From positions 65,472,001-65,536,000 of the forward strand of contig OX597817.1 of NCBI GenBank assembly GCA_951406725.2: a stretch of 64,000 bases of DNA, read 5' to 3'. Source of the stretch: Octopus vulgaris (lineage: Eukaryota). Made by a program: the position numbers and the translations under genes. Below are positions 51,820-64,000 of the stretch, piece by piece; the first letter of the stretch is position 1; the number at the start of each line of letters is the position of its first letter. The notes below the pieces were generated by a model. It saw only the letters and a list, made by a program, of their open reading frames with translations. It did no database searches and had not been told where the DNA came from.

Positions 51820-52133
51820 GAAGGCGCGTAGCTTAGTGGTTAGGGTATTCGGCTTACTTTCGTTACGTCGTGAATCCGATTCCCCGCAATGCGTTGTGTC
51901 CTTGAGCAAGACACTATATTTCACATTACTCCAGTCCACTCAGCTGAGAATAACGAGTTGTACACGTATTTTAAAGAGTAAGTCGTGTGCCACACTGAAT
52001 CTCCCTGAGAACTACGTTAAAGGTACGTGTGTCTGTGGAGTGCTCAGTCACTTATCCGTTAATTTTCACGGGCAGATTGTTCTGTTAATCGGATCAACTA
52101 AAATCCTCGTCGTCGTAACCGACAGAGAGACAC
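51820..52133 (+). mobile_element. SINE family C copy
   Basis: GAAGGCGCGTAGCTTAGTGGTTAGGGTATTCG...GTTGTGTCCTTGAGCAAGACAC...CGTCGTCGTAACCGAC, homologous to 15149-15443. Confidence 0.8.
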
Positions 52134-52457
52134 TTAAACAGCATTTCCTTTTCAGAGTATAGCTAAAAATGTGTTCACTAAAACCACGTACCTGTAAGTT
52201 GCCTTACATCTACCTAACACCGCTTGATGCTTCCTTTGATTAATTACTTACATTACCAAGGTTCGGTCGTTTATGTCTCTCATGCAAATCAGCGCACAGT
52301 AATTTAGTTCTGTCTTAATTTGCGTACAATGAATATAGCTATAAGCTATTATTCTCTCTGTTGTCCAGAAAATGGTCTCAGATGAAGCAGCAAATAATAC
52401 CGAAACTAATCAGGTCTGTTTCTTTTCATAATCACAAAGAGAAAACTTTTGTTGTTG

Positions 52458-52491
<34 letters not shown>

Positions 52492-52503
52492 CTACTACTA
52501 CTA

Positions 52504-52547
<44 letters not shown>

Positions 52548-52729
52548 ACTGCTACTGCTACTGCTGCTCCTATGATGTTTTTCATGATGAAGATCATAAA
52601 CACGATAATAACGATAATGATTATGCGGATCATCATGGTTATGATGATAATGACGGTGGTAATGATAATCCTTTCTGCTATACATTATTTACATTTGACG
52701 GATATTTGTCCTTATCGTGTTTGTTGTTA

Positions 52730-52773
52730 ACACAATGTTTCGGCTGATATACCCTCCAGGCTTCATCAGGTGT
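52730..52773 (-). ncRNA. Hammerhead motif, left-arm copy with two substitutions
   Basis: Minus strand ACAC-CTGATGA-A-GCCTG(gagggtatat)CAGCC-GAAA-CA-TT-GTGT. It has one helix II mismatch and CG>CA in helix III. Confidence 0.6.
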
Positions 52774-52843
52774 CTTGGGGGAGATTTCGAACCTGAGTTA
52801 TCATTCCTAAGGTATTTTTCAATGTTGTTGTTGTTGCTGATGC

Positions 52844-52883
<40 letters not shown>

Positions 52884-52925
52884 CTTCTTCTTCTTCTTCT
52901 TCTTCTTCTTCTTCTTCTTCTTCTT

Positions 52926-52956
<31 letters not shown>

Positions 52957-53001
52957 TTCTTCTTCTTCTTCTCCTCCTCGTCCTCCTCCTTCTTCTCATT
53001 A

Positions 53002-53080
<79 letters not shown>

Positions 53081-53144
53081 CTGCCTAGAATCGAACTCGG
53101 AATCTTGGGGTTAGTAGCCCGCGGTCTTAACCACTATGCCCACT

Positions 53145-53314
<170 letters not shown>

Positions 53315-53327
53315 TAACAACAACAAT

Positions 53328-53362
<35 letters not shown>

Positions 53363-53375
53363 AAACAACAACAAC

Positions 53376-53412
<37 letters not shown>

Positions 53413-53460
53413 TCGAAAAATACCTTAGGAATGAGAACCCAGGTTCGAAATTTTCCCAAG

Positions 53461-53504
53461 ACACCTGATGAAGGCTGGAGGGTATATCAGCCGAAACGTT
53501 GTGT
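53461..53504 (+). ncRNA. Minimal type I hammerhead ribozyme, right-arm copy
   Basis: ACAC-CTGATGA-A-GGCTG(gagggtatat)CAGCC-GAAA-CG-TT-GTGT. Helix I ACAC/GTGT, helix II GGCTG/CAGCC, palindromic AACGTT helix III, GUU site after 53500. Confidence 0.85.
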
Positions 53505-54528
53505 TAACAGCAAACACGATGAGGACAAATATCCATCAAATGTAAATAATGTAAATAATGTACATAATTCCTCATCTCTTAAATATAGAACTTTCTGCTA
53601 TACTTATTTTATCGGCTTCGAAAGGATGGAAAGTACAATCGATCTCGGCGGCATTTGAACACAGAACGTAAAGACGGACGAAATGCTGCTAAGCATTTTA
53701 TCCGGCGTGCAAAGGGATCAGTCAGCCCACTACTTTATTGACGGTAGTAATGATAATGACAACATCAACGAAAACGGCATCAACGAAGATGATAGAGATG
53801 ACACTGATGATGATGATGATGGCGATGACAACCACAAGGATGACGATGGCGATAACAGTGATGACAATAATGTCAACGACGACGATGACGATGATGACGA
53901 CGGTGATGATGACGACGACGATGACGATGATGGGGATGGTGATGCTGATGAAGATTAGGGTGACAACCATTATAATGATAGTGATATTGGTGACAAAAAC
54001 GAAGGCAAAAAAACAGCTGGATGTCGTATATTAAAAAAAATTATTATGAAATTGCATACAGCCGTTAGATACGAGATTCGTCACTCTATGACAAAGTACT
54101 CTTTACTATCAACCCCTAAATGGTGTTATTTGTAAAAGTTCAAAAACAAGAGCAGACGAAATAAAATATTTCTATTTATTTCGTCTGGTTGTCTACAATT
54201 CCTAATGAAATATTAATATTGTTAAGTTTAAAAAAATGTATCTCGTCTAGAAGAGGTGGAAGATTTCGTTTGGGAATTATAAAACATAAAAACAATTTGG
54301 TAATTCATACATACATGCATACACACATACATACATACATACATACATACATACATACATGCATACATACATACATACAGCCATACATGCATACACATTT
54401 CTCAGTATATATTTATATAGATTTATCTGCTTATCTGTCAATCAATCATTCAATCTATCTATCTATCTACATTGCTACGCGCGCGCACGCACACACGCAC
54501 ACATACACACACATATATCTGTGTGTAT

Positions 54529-55367
54529 ATCACGGTTCACTTGTCACGCCTTCAGTATATCGCGGATTTTTCTTGCTAATATACGTAAATTTATATCGCG
54601 GTCTCCTCAGTATATCGCAGGTTTCTGCGGCCGATAGGTATTTATATTTTTTTAGACTGTAAATATCTTTATGGTAAAATAAGCATTTTCACGCCTAAAA
54701 TTTAATAAATTAATAAATAAAAAGTACAGTACTGCACTGTATAACGCACTAAAATATGTCAAGAGAAAATACGTAGTGAACCTTAGATGAATAAACAAAG
54801 AATCGCGCGCACTGTAAGGCAAACGAAACTCGGGAGGCGAGTGTGTGGTGTTGTTTTGCACTTATAATAAAATAAATACTCTTATTCTTTTACTCTTTTA
54901 CTTGTTTCAGTCATTTGACTGCGGCCATGCTGGAGCACCGCCTTTAATCGAGCAACTCGAACCCGGGCCTTATTCTTTTGTAAGCCCAGTACTTATTCTA
55001 TCGGTCTATTTTGCCGAACCGCTAAGTAACGGGGACATAAACACACCAGCATCGGTTGTCAAGCAATGCTAGGGGGACAAACACAGACACACAAACACAC
55101 ACACGCATATATATATACATTTATACGATGGGCTTCTTTCAGTTTCCGTCTACCAAATCCACTCACAAGGCTTCGGTCGGTCCGAGGCTATAGTAGAAGA
55201 CACTTGCCCAAGGTGCCACGTAGTGGGACTGAACCCGGAACCATGTAGTTGGTATATACAAATTATAAAAATAATTAAAAAAAATACTGTACTGTTTCTA
55301 CTTTGCGGATTTTCACCTATCGCGGGTTTTTGGAATGTAACACACGAGATAGTCGAGGGATTACTGT
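54529..55367. mobile_element. Tigger/pogo-like MITE interrupted by a SINE B copy
   Basis: The right end GATAGTCGAGGGATTACTG-TA is a CAGTAATCCCTCG-type TIR plus TA. Repeated TATCGCGG subterminal motifs occur on both sides. The left TIR appears lost. Confidence 0.55.
54880..55252 (-). mobile_element. SINE family B copy (head truncated)
   Basis: Closely matches 16392-16750. Confidence 0.85.
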
Positions 55368-55764
55368 ATATAAATGTGTGTGTGTGTGTACACTTACACA
55401 CACAGATATACACGCACCGCACATATATATACATATATATTTATATATAGAAATTTGCACTCACACGTGGTTGTGTGTGTGTGTGTGTTTAAAGTGAGGG
55501 AGAAAGGTGAACTCTTAGATATAGAGATTACGTTGACAGTTATGCAGGACAATTATGACAAGTATGCCCTCGAAGAGAACTACATACGTACGCAGATATG
55601 TATAAATGCATCACACACAAACACACGCACAAACATACACACACTCACGCACACACACATAAACAAATACACACACACAAAATCAGTGATTAACAGAAAT
55701 TGATATTTCCAAACATTGCTGTAACCAGGAGAGAGAGTCACGGTTTACTTTAGTACAGATTTGC

Positions 55765-56070
55765 GACATCGTTGTCGTCATCGTCAGCAACGTTAGCAAC
55801 AATAGCAATCATAGCACCATCATTCTCCGCTACCATCACTCTTCTTTTCATCATCATTGTTGCCGTCGCAGTTTCCGTCGTAGTCGTCGCTATCGTCATT
55901 GTCACCACCACCACCACCACCACCACCACCACCACCACCACCACCACCACCACCACCACCACCACCACCACCACCACCACCACCACCACCACCACCACCA
56001 CCACCTCCATCATCATCGTCATTGATCTTCATCATCATCGTCATTGATTTTTCATCATCATTGTCACTGA
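55765..56070. repeat. (CAC)n and (CAT/CGT)n trinucleotide tract
   Basis: Perfect (CAC)n at ~55903-56004. Confidence 0.9.
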
Positions 56071-56834
56071 CAATGCTGTAAAGACACACAATCTTTGCTA
56101 ACATCATTTCGTATGTGTCCATGTGCTTGTATGTATGCGTGTATTATATACCTAGATGATCTATACTCTTGTTGTATTAAAGTCTATGTGTTTTCTTGAA
56201 TGGTGTTGTTTTCTGAAACGCCGTATTTCATATTGACACGCTAGAATTCATATTTCTGTCACGTATTCCTTATAATTTTGGCAACTGGCATTCATTGTGT
56301 AACATACTAACGTGAACATAACAAGACCATTCATACGTTATGAAGCATTATTAAATATGTGTATGCACTTCAAAGTATTGCTGTGTTACTTATTATACGT
56401 CCGTACCGGTTTTTAGGTGGCGGCGCTTGCTTTTGTTTGCTCGATGCACGTCTACATACATACATACATACATACATACATACATACATAAATACTGACA
56501 GACAGACAGACAGACAGACATACAGATAGACAGACAAACAGACAGAAAAGTTTTCTAAAGATATAGCGGCCAGCAGTCTTGCAGATGTGCTCATTTCTTT
56601 CAAAATCTGAGAGAAAGAATATTTAAGACAAATTCTTGGAAACCTACAGCTTCTCACCTCTTGCAATAAATTCAATTTTTATAGCGATAATCATTGGTGC
56701 ATTTTGGCATGTAAGTAATTGTCTTATCAGCAGTCTTAAAAAGCTGAGGTTTTAGGCAAAGGAAGTCACCACCTGGTACGCAAATCTCAAATACAAAGAT
56801 ACAAAGCTCCATCGCTGGAATGTAGATAGTATAT

Positions 56835-58150
56835 ATTTACTGTTCCTGACAGGCCCTTGAAAGTTTGTCCACAAGGTGCTGCATTTGTTCTTCAGAGTAT
56901 GCTGTCGTTTGTTCTTCAGAGTGTGCTGCATTGTTTGCGAATAGCATTTCTCTGACGAGTACCTGGTATACCTTGGATTTTGCTTTCAGCCTCGACAGAC
57001 TAAACAGTTTGCCGCTTGATCTGATGCTGGAGGTAAGCACCATCAGTTGATGTCCTAAATGCATGTTTCAGCTTGACTGCAAAGAAGATGCCAAATAGGG
57101 TGGGGGAAAGCACACAGCCCTGTTTCCCGCCGCTACGTATGATGAAAGCCTCCGAAAAAGAACCATCAAATTGAACAATGCCTTTCATGTCCGTGTGAAA
57201 GTCTTGGAGGACAATCAATCTTGGGTAGGATTTTGAATAGGCTGTCTATACTGACTAGGTCAAAAGCCTTTGTGAGGTCGATGAAGGTGATAAGGAGTGG
57301 TTGTCTTTGCTCTCGGCAAGATGCCTCGGTAATTATGGCAGTCGCTTTTGTCTCCTTTGTTCTTATATAGAGTGACAATGTTGCAGTCTCTTAAGTCTTG
57401 CGGTACCGATCCCTCCTCCCCGCATTGAGACAGTAAATTCAGCAAGTGGCTAAGTAGAACCCTACTTGCGCATCAGATGATCTCTGGTGGGATGCCATCC
57501 AAACCCGGTGCTTTTCCAGTGGGCAAGACATCAATGGCTCTGCTCGCTTCTTCAGCAGTTGGCAGTGTGTCCAGTTCTTCCATGAAAGATGCTTTTTTTT
57601 CTTAGGTGTAGAGTTCGGAATAATGTTCCACCTAATCTCTCCAGCTGCTCTCTTTTGTCCTTGATATTTTCCTCTGTCCTAGATTTGAGTGGAGCTATCT
57701 TGCTCTGGGTTGGGCCGATAGCTTTCTTGATACATTGCGCGAATTTTGCCTGTGTCAAACGACATTTGGATATCTGCAAATAGTTGTAATCAGTAGTCAC
57801 TGTCTTCTGCATGATGTTCCTTGCTGATCTCAATGCTTGCAGCATTGCTCTGGTCGGTTGGTGTTTATGCTTCAGCAGGGCAGCACGCTTCTCCTCTACG
57901 GGGGTATTGAGTTCTTTCACATTCGCCTCAAACCAGTCATGTGTCATCTTCCTCCTCTTCCCAAAGGCCTCCAGTGTAGTGCTATGGATGTTGTCCTTGA
58001 GAGAGTCCCACCTCTGCTGAACATTGCCTTCTGGTGGGTCTGCAAGAAGGGCGTCTTCCAGTGCCTTGAGGAATGTATCTGTCTTAGTTGGCTGTTGGGT
58101 TGCAGTAGTATTGATGCGCTCATTGCCTGTGGGCTTGTCGCAGTGCATCA
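56835..58150 (-). mobile_element. RTE-clade LINE internal fragment (frameshifted RT)
   Basis: Pieces WDSLKDNIHSTTLEAFGKRRKMTHDWFEAN, GKAPGLDGIPPE, WEEG-like EEGSVPQDLRDCNIVTLYKNKGDKSDCHNYRGI, CREQRQPLLITFIDLTKAFDLVS, SGGKQGCVLSPTLFGIFF and REMLFANNAA. Confidence 0.9.
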
Positions 58151-59051
58151 TTTTTGGTGTGTGTGTATGTGTATATATATACACACACACACACATAGGT
58201 GTGCGTATCTGTGTACATGGTTTTCTTTATTCTTACACCGCCAAAATTCCGGTACTGTTCATATATTACGCCCCTTTATGTCTCGTTAATTTAGCGTTTC
58301 GACAAATAGATAACTAAGTAACAAGTACTCGATAGCAATAAGTACTGGAGTCGGTATGATCAACTAATCACTTGAAGGCATTGCTTCAGCATGGCCGTAG
58401 TCCAATGACTGCAACAAGTAAAAGAAATAATAAAATGTCTGCATGTGTGTGTGTATGTGTGTGTGTTTTATACTTCGAAATAATCCGTCTTTAGCCGCCT
58501 CGTCTATTGTCAGACAATCAAATCAAATAAATTATTTGACATTTCCTAAAAACTACTTGACATTTCATTGTCTTATTGATAAAAACCTCCTAAGTCCAAC
58601 TTTATGTTCTCTCTCCAGCAACTGTGGGACTTGTAAAAACTAGAGCAATGTAATCTAACTATATAACCATCGGTCAACTTACACTGTTTAATGTTACTTT
58701 ACAACTGCGAATTGTTCCTGCTATGCGACGGCTACACTACAGTGAAGCAAAAGGTTCAGATATGGTTGCCCAGTTAAGAGGTTTCATGCATTGCCGGTGC
58801 CCCAGGCAGTTTCTGTTGGAAATTGCTAACCGATGATGCTATTGCTTACAAACTGTGATATATAACTAGACTGGGACAGTTAATAATAAAGAGTCTTCGT
58901 GACACAATTCTTGGAACAGTTTCAAACACTGATTTCAAATTGTGGCACGAGGCCAACAATGTCGGTGGGGGTGAAGTTAATGTTAATTGCATCGACCCCA
59001 GTGGTCAACTGACTTTTTAGCTTATCGAGCCTAAATGCAAAGTCGACCTCG

Positions 59052-59129
<78 letters not shown>

Positions 59130-60116
59130 CATACATATATATATATATTGTTCCGGCCGCAGCAAAACTTCGAAGTTACTGTTATATTAAATTTAGCTTG
59201 AATAAAATATGTACGCTGTTTTTTGTTACCAGTTTTTAAGGTTTATAAACATACATACACACACACATACACATACACGCCCACGCGCACACGCACGCAC
59301 ACGCGCACACACACGCACACGCGCACACGCACAAATACCTATATACCTTCCTACCTACCTACCTACCTACCTACCTACATACATACATACATACATACAT
59401 ACATACAAACATACATACATACATGCATACATGCATGCATATATACATATACAAGCACACATATACACGTAAAGTTCAAATACCTCAACTTTTCCTGGAG
59501 TTCCTGAAAGCTATTACGAGTCAGCCAGTTTATAGCTGCTATTCTAATGTATCGACAGTATTTGATCTTACAACTCTTTCGATGTCTTCAATGGGTGTCA
59601 AATAGCCGGGCCACGTAATCGCTCTTCGCTTCGTTTCAGACTACATTGACAAATTTAAAATCACATTTCTGATATGCACGCGATAAATGAAGATAAAGAC
59701 TATTTGTCCAACTGTATTTCTTCGACTCAACAATAGATTATCAGATTAAGCATAACCATCAAGCTAATACTGGGTGAATCTCGAAATTATAGTCACTTTA
59801 AATAGAAATATAAAAAAAATATTAGCAGCACAGTGGTGTGCAAAATATTACAAGAAATGGAAGAAGAGATGGAACACGCACAACAAGAGCATATACATCC
59901 CCGACAGTAACCATGGTGATTACAAAACAATATTCAAGTACTTAATAAAATATCAGTTCCATATGCCATGACTTTTTACGTCATCGATTTACAAGTACAC
60001 AAAAACCCGTAGACGTACACACAACTGACTTACGACACACACATATATATATATATATATATGCATACATACACACATACACACATATACATCTGTATCT
60101 TTCTATCTATCCATCC

Positions 60117-60346
<230 letters not shown>

Positions 60347-60832
60347 CGTCTCTGGATGTGTGTTGTGTGTGTAACACATACACACACGTACATACATATG
60401 CACACATATCTGTAAATATGCATATATACCTATTTATATGCGTATATGTATGTATGTATATATATATATATACGTATGTGTGCGCACCAATTCATATGAA
60501 AAGCTGGGTGTTTGCGTTCGTGCCTGAGTATGTGCGTTTGTATGTATCTATTAATACATGCATATTTGTGTGTGTGTGTGTATGTGTGTGTGTGTGTGAT
60601 GGATGTACTACTACAGCTCACGTTAGTTCCGTTCATTCATTTCATCTAAATGTCAATTGTAGATCAAAATAGTTTGGTTTGTTTTTCTCACGACAATATC
60701 ATTCCTGCAGGAGCACTTTATAACATTAGCGTTATCAGGTATTGTATGTATGTATGTATGTATGTATGTATGTATGTATGTATGTATGTATGTATGTATG
60801 TATGTATGTATGTATGTATGTATGTATGTATG

Positions 60833-60884
<52 letters not shown>

Positions 60885-61012
60885 TATGTATATGTATACA
60901 CATATGGACATACATATATATATATATGTGTGTGTGTATGTGCGCGTATGTATATGTATGTGAATATGTATACATACACACATATAGGTGCATACGCATA
61001 CAGATATATATA

Positions 61013-61065
<53 letters not shown>

Positions 61066-61070
<5 letters not shown>

Positions 61071-61275
61071 TAATCCAAACAAAAAAGCGCAAAAAAAAAA
61101 CACAACAACGCGAGGATGTGGAACAAATATAGTATTATTGGACGCTCAGGAAAGAAGGAAAGAAGGAGGGTTTAACGGTTCGAGCGGAGCTCTTCGTCAG
61201 AAACATAGAAGGAAAGATGCAGAGAAGGGAAGACAAGGGAAAAAAATCGCCAATGGTACACACGCGGGCACATAG
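61066..61275 (-). mobile_element. Hammerhead-bearing short element (same family as 3900-4121)
   Basis: Minus strand GTTT-CTGACGA-A-GAGC(tcc)GCTC-GAAC-CG-TT-AAAC at 61170-61204, with a GAAA>GAAC substitution. It ends GTTTGGATTAACTT + (TA)n. Confidence 0.7.
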
Positions 61276-61650
61276 GCAATGAAAAATTATAAAAAGGCAG
61301 AATGCTAAATTGAAGGTAAATTTTAATGAAAATGGGTGTATGGAAAATTTAAAAAAATAAAAATAAAAATATTAACTCAAATCGGTTTTCGTCGCAATGC
61401 GACTTTTCAAGAATTGCAAGGTGAAAAGAAATTTTTTTTATAATTGAGGAGGGAAAAAAGAAAATTTCATTGTTTTTTGCAAAAAAATAATAAACATATA
61501 CAAAAATTAAAATATAGGTTCACCGATACATTGTAAACTCTTTGTGTATCTCGAGTTCAATGATAGTCCTTGGAAAAATTACCTTGGAGGATTAAGATTC
61601 ATGTGATTAAATCCATGTGGCGTTTAATTTAGGATGTTTGTTAAATGTAC
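61276..61650 (-). mobile_element. Adjacent AT-rich element with decayed hammerhead-like motif
   Basis: Minus strand TTGAAAA-GTCGC(att)GCGAC-GAAA-ACCG at ~61383-61410. Helix II is perfect but the CTGANGA box is degenerate. It is bounded by (AT)n. Confidence 0.35.
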
Positions 61651-61707
<57 letters not shown>

Positions 61708-62113
61708 TGTATACATATCTATATAGGAAAATCGCACTGTGAACACATCGAAGGTCACAATGCGGTTTGCATTGTTTTAGCCATCGAATGACTCCAATCT
61801 CGCTACCTTGGCGTGCAGAACAGCATTCACTCCTGATCGAAAGTGGGACTGGAGCAACGGGAAATGAAATGTTTGGCTTAAGAAGACAACGCATCACTCA
61901 GTCTGGGAATGGAACCACGATATAACGACACCCTAATCACCTGCTTCACACACACACACACACACACACACATGTATGTATGTATGTGTCATGACATGTA
62001 GGCTGTCCCCGAGGAGTGCGCCGAGATGTCAAACGTGTTATAAAACATTGTTTGGCATGTTCTCGGAGCATGAAACTAGTAGTAGCACATAAAGTCTTGT
62101 AGTGTGCTTATTA

Positions 62114-62174
<61 letters not shown>

Positions 62175-62529
62175 TATGATGATGATGGGTTCCCACACAG
62201 TTTCCTCCTACTAAATTCACTCATAAGGCATTGGTCGAGATGGTGTTAAACAAGAAAACACATGACCAAGGTGCCGCACAGTGATACTGAACCCGAAACC
62301 ATGAGGATACAAACTTACAACTCTTATACAGTCTTATTTACGTTACTACCAACATGTCTACACAAGCTTACATTCATTAGAAAATACTTGGCTAACTCAC
62401 CAATAAGCCCACTCTTGATAAGGAGGTGTTCTCAGATAAATAAATAAATAAATGAAAAGTCTTGTTGGTTTGTTTCGGGGAGGTAAATAAACCAGCAATG
62501 TTTCAAGTGGTGGAGGAACAGTCGGACAG

Positions 62530-62608
<79 letters not shown>

Positions 62609-62647
62609 CACACACACGCACATACATATATACATACATAAATACAT

Positions 62648-62709
<62 letters not shown>

Positions 62710-62711
<2 letters not shown>

Positions 62712-63239
62712 TGTTGTATTTGGGGATGGTATTGTTGCCTGTTTAGCCAATAAGACATACGCACTATATATTTGGTGTTAATTTGCTTCAGCTTTATTTT
62801 ATTTTTTACATTAATCGTATACACGTTAACAAAAATTGAATTAAATAAAAATAAGTAGGTATAAACACATGAACAAAATAGATAAAAAGAAATTAAATGA
62901 ACGTGTATAAACAGGGAATACAGATAATACAGACACCCCCCCCCGCATACACACGCACTTACTAAACATAGACACACACAGGGGTATACGCATGCGCAAA
63001 TAAAGACACATACAATAGGAATACAAAATGGCTGATCGTTAGTAAGGAAAGACACACAAATAAGAAAGAAGAAAGCAAAAGACGACTGATGAAGTTACAG
63101 AAGTGTAACGAAAGAACTCTGGCCGAAATACGTTTAATATAAAAAATAAAATAAAGCTGAAGTAAATTAACACCAAATATATAGTGCATGTGTTTTTATC
63201 GGCCAAACTGGCAACATGACCATCCCCAAATACAAGAAT
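62710..63239. mobile_element. Element with ~95-bp inverted terminal repeats and an internal hammerhead-like motif
   Basis: 62710-62807 is the reverse complement of 63141-63239 (e.g. CACTATATATTTGGTGTTAATTT / AAATTAACACCAAATATATAGTG). CTGATGA-A-GTTACA(gaag)TGTAAC-GAAA-G(aa)C-TC lies at 63086-63119. Confidence 0.65.
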
Positions 63240-63837
63240 ATCTGTTTCAACACACGATTTCACATAAAAAAATCTTGCAAAATGAATATATAAATGTATA
63301 TATACATGCACACACATATATATATATGACGGGCTTTCACTCAGTTTTTATCTACAAAATCCACGCTTTAGTCAATCCGGGGCTATAACGGAAGACCACT
63401 TACACAAAATGTCACGCAGTGCAATAGAATTCGAAGACATGTTGTCAAGTCAAGAAGCAAGCTTCTACCACACAGTCAACAATACACGCAATGAAAATAC
63501 ATAAAGCTTCTCCAAATCTCAGCATTTGCGTGAATTAAAACAATTCTGTAACGGTTATCGACAAAGCAGTCTTGTATCTCGGTTGTTAGAAGACAAGATC
63601 TTGTTCTGTTAAAAAAACTTTGAATTTTTCTATCAAAAACATATAATAGTAATAGTAGTAAGTCATATACAGACGTCCTTTTATATGGCCAACATATTCA
63701 ATCTCTAAACCGTATTTTACCAGATTTTAATCTCAACTCGGTCTAAATAAAATCTTCTCCCAAACACAGTATGTATTTGTATGTATTAATTTATTTATTT
63801 ATCATAGCCATCGATTGTGACCCTTTCTTGAAAAGCC

Positions 63838-63975
63838 TTCTTCTTCTTCTTCTTCTTCTTCTTCTTCTTCTTCTTCTTCTTCTTCTTCTTCTTCTTCTTC
63901 TTCTTCTTCTTCTTCTTCTTCTTCTTCTTCTTCTTCTTCGTCGTAGTCGTCATCGTCGTCTTCGTCGTCGTCACC
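63838..63975. repeat. (TTC)n/(GTC)n microsatellite
   Basis: Direct inspection. Confidence 0.95.
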
Positions 63976-64000
63976 AATGCCACCCCTCTTCTGCTCCTCA

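Overview
Eukaryotic, AT-rich, repeat-dominated genomic DNA. The SINE repertoire and extreme microsatellite density resemble an octopus-type cephalopod genome (inference). Nearly all entries in the ORF track are microsatellite translations. The only host gene I can support is the last two coding exons (+) of a PMP22/EMP/claudin-like tetraspan protein at 25248-25388 and 29913-30106. The rest is transposon material: an open Penelope-like (PLE) reverse-transcriptase frame running off the left edge, CR1-like, R4/Dong-like and RTE LINE fragments, one full-length and two partial mariners, several tRNA-derived SINE families, and degenerate minisatellites. The most notable pattern is a dense set of minimal hammerhead-ribozyme (HHR) motifs: three with intact cores and helices and about seven decayed ones. 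They sit in short non-coding elements that are often fold-back structures and often lie in (AT)n or (AAT)n tracts. The clearest case is a ~910-bp palindromic insertion at 52681-53590, flanked by a target-site duplication (TSD). Each arm reads tRNA-like Pol III head, then trinucleotide microsatellite, then hammerhead cassette, which suggests a non-autonomous, PLE-mobilised, self-cleaving SINE-like element. All calls were made by eye and boundaries of decayed repeats are approximate.
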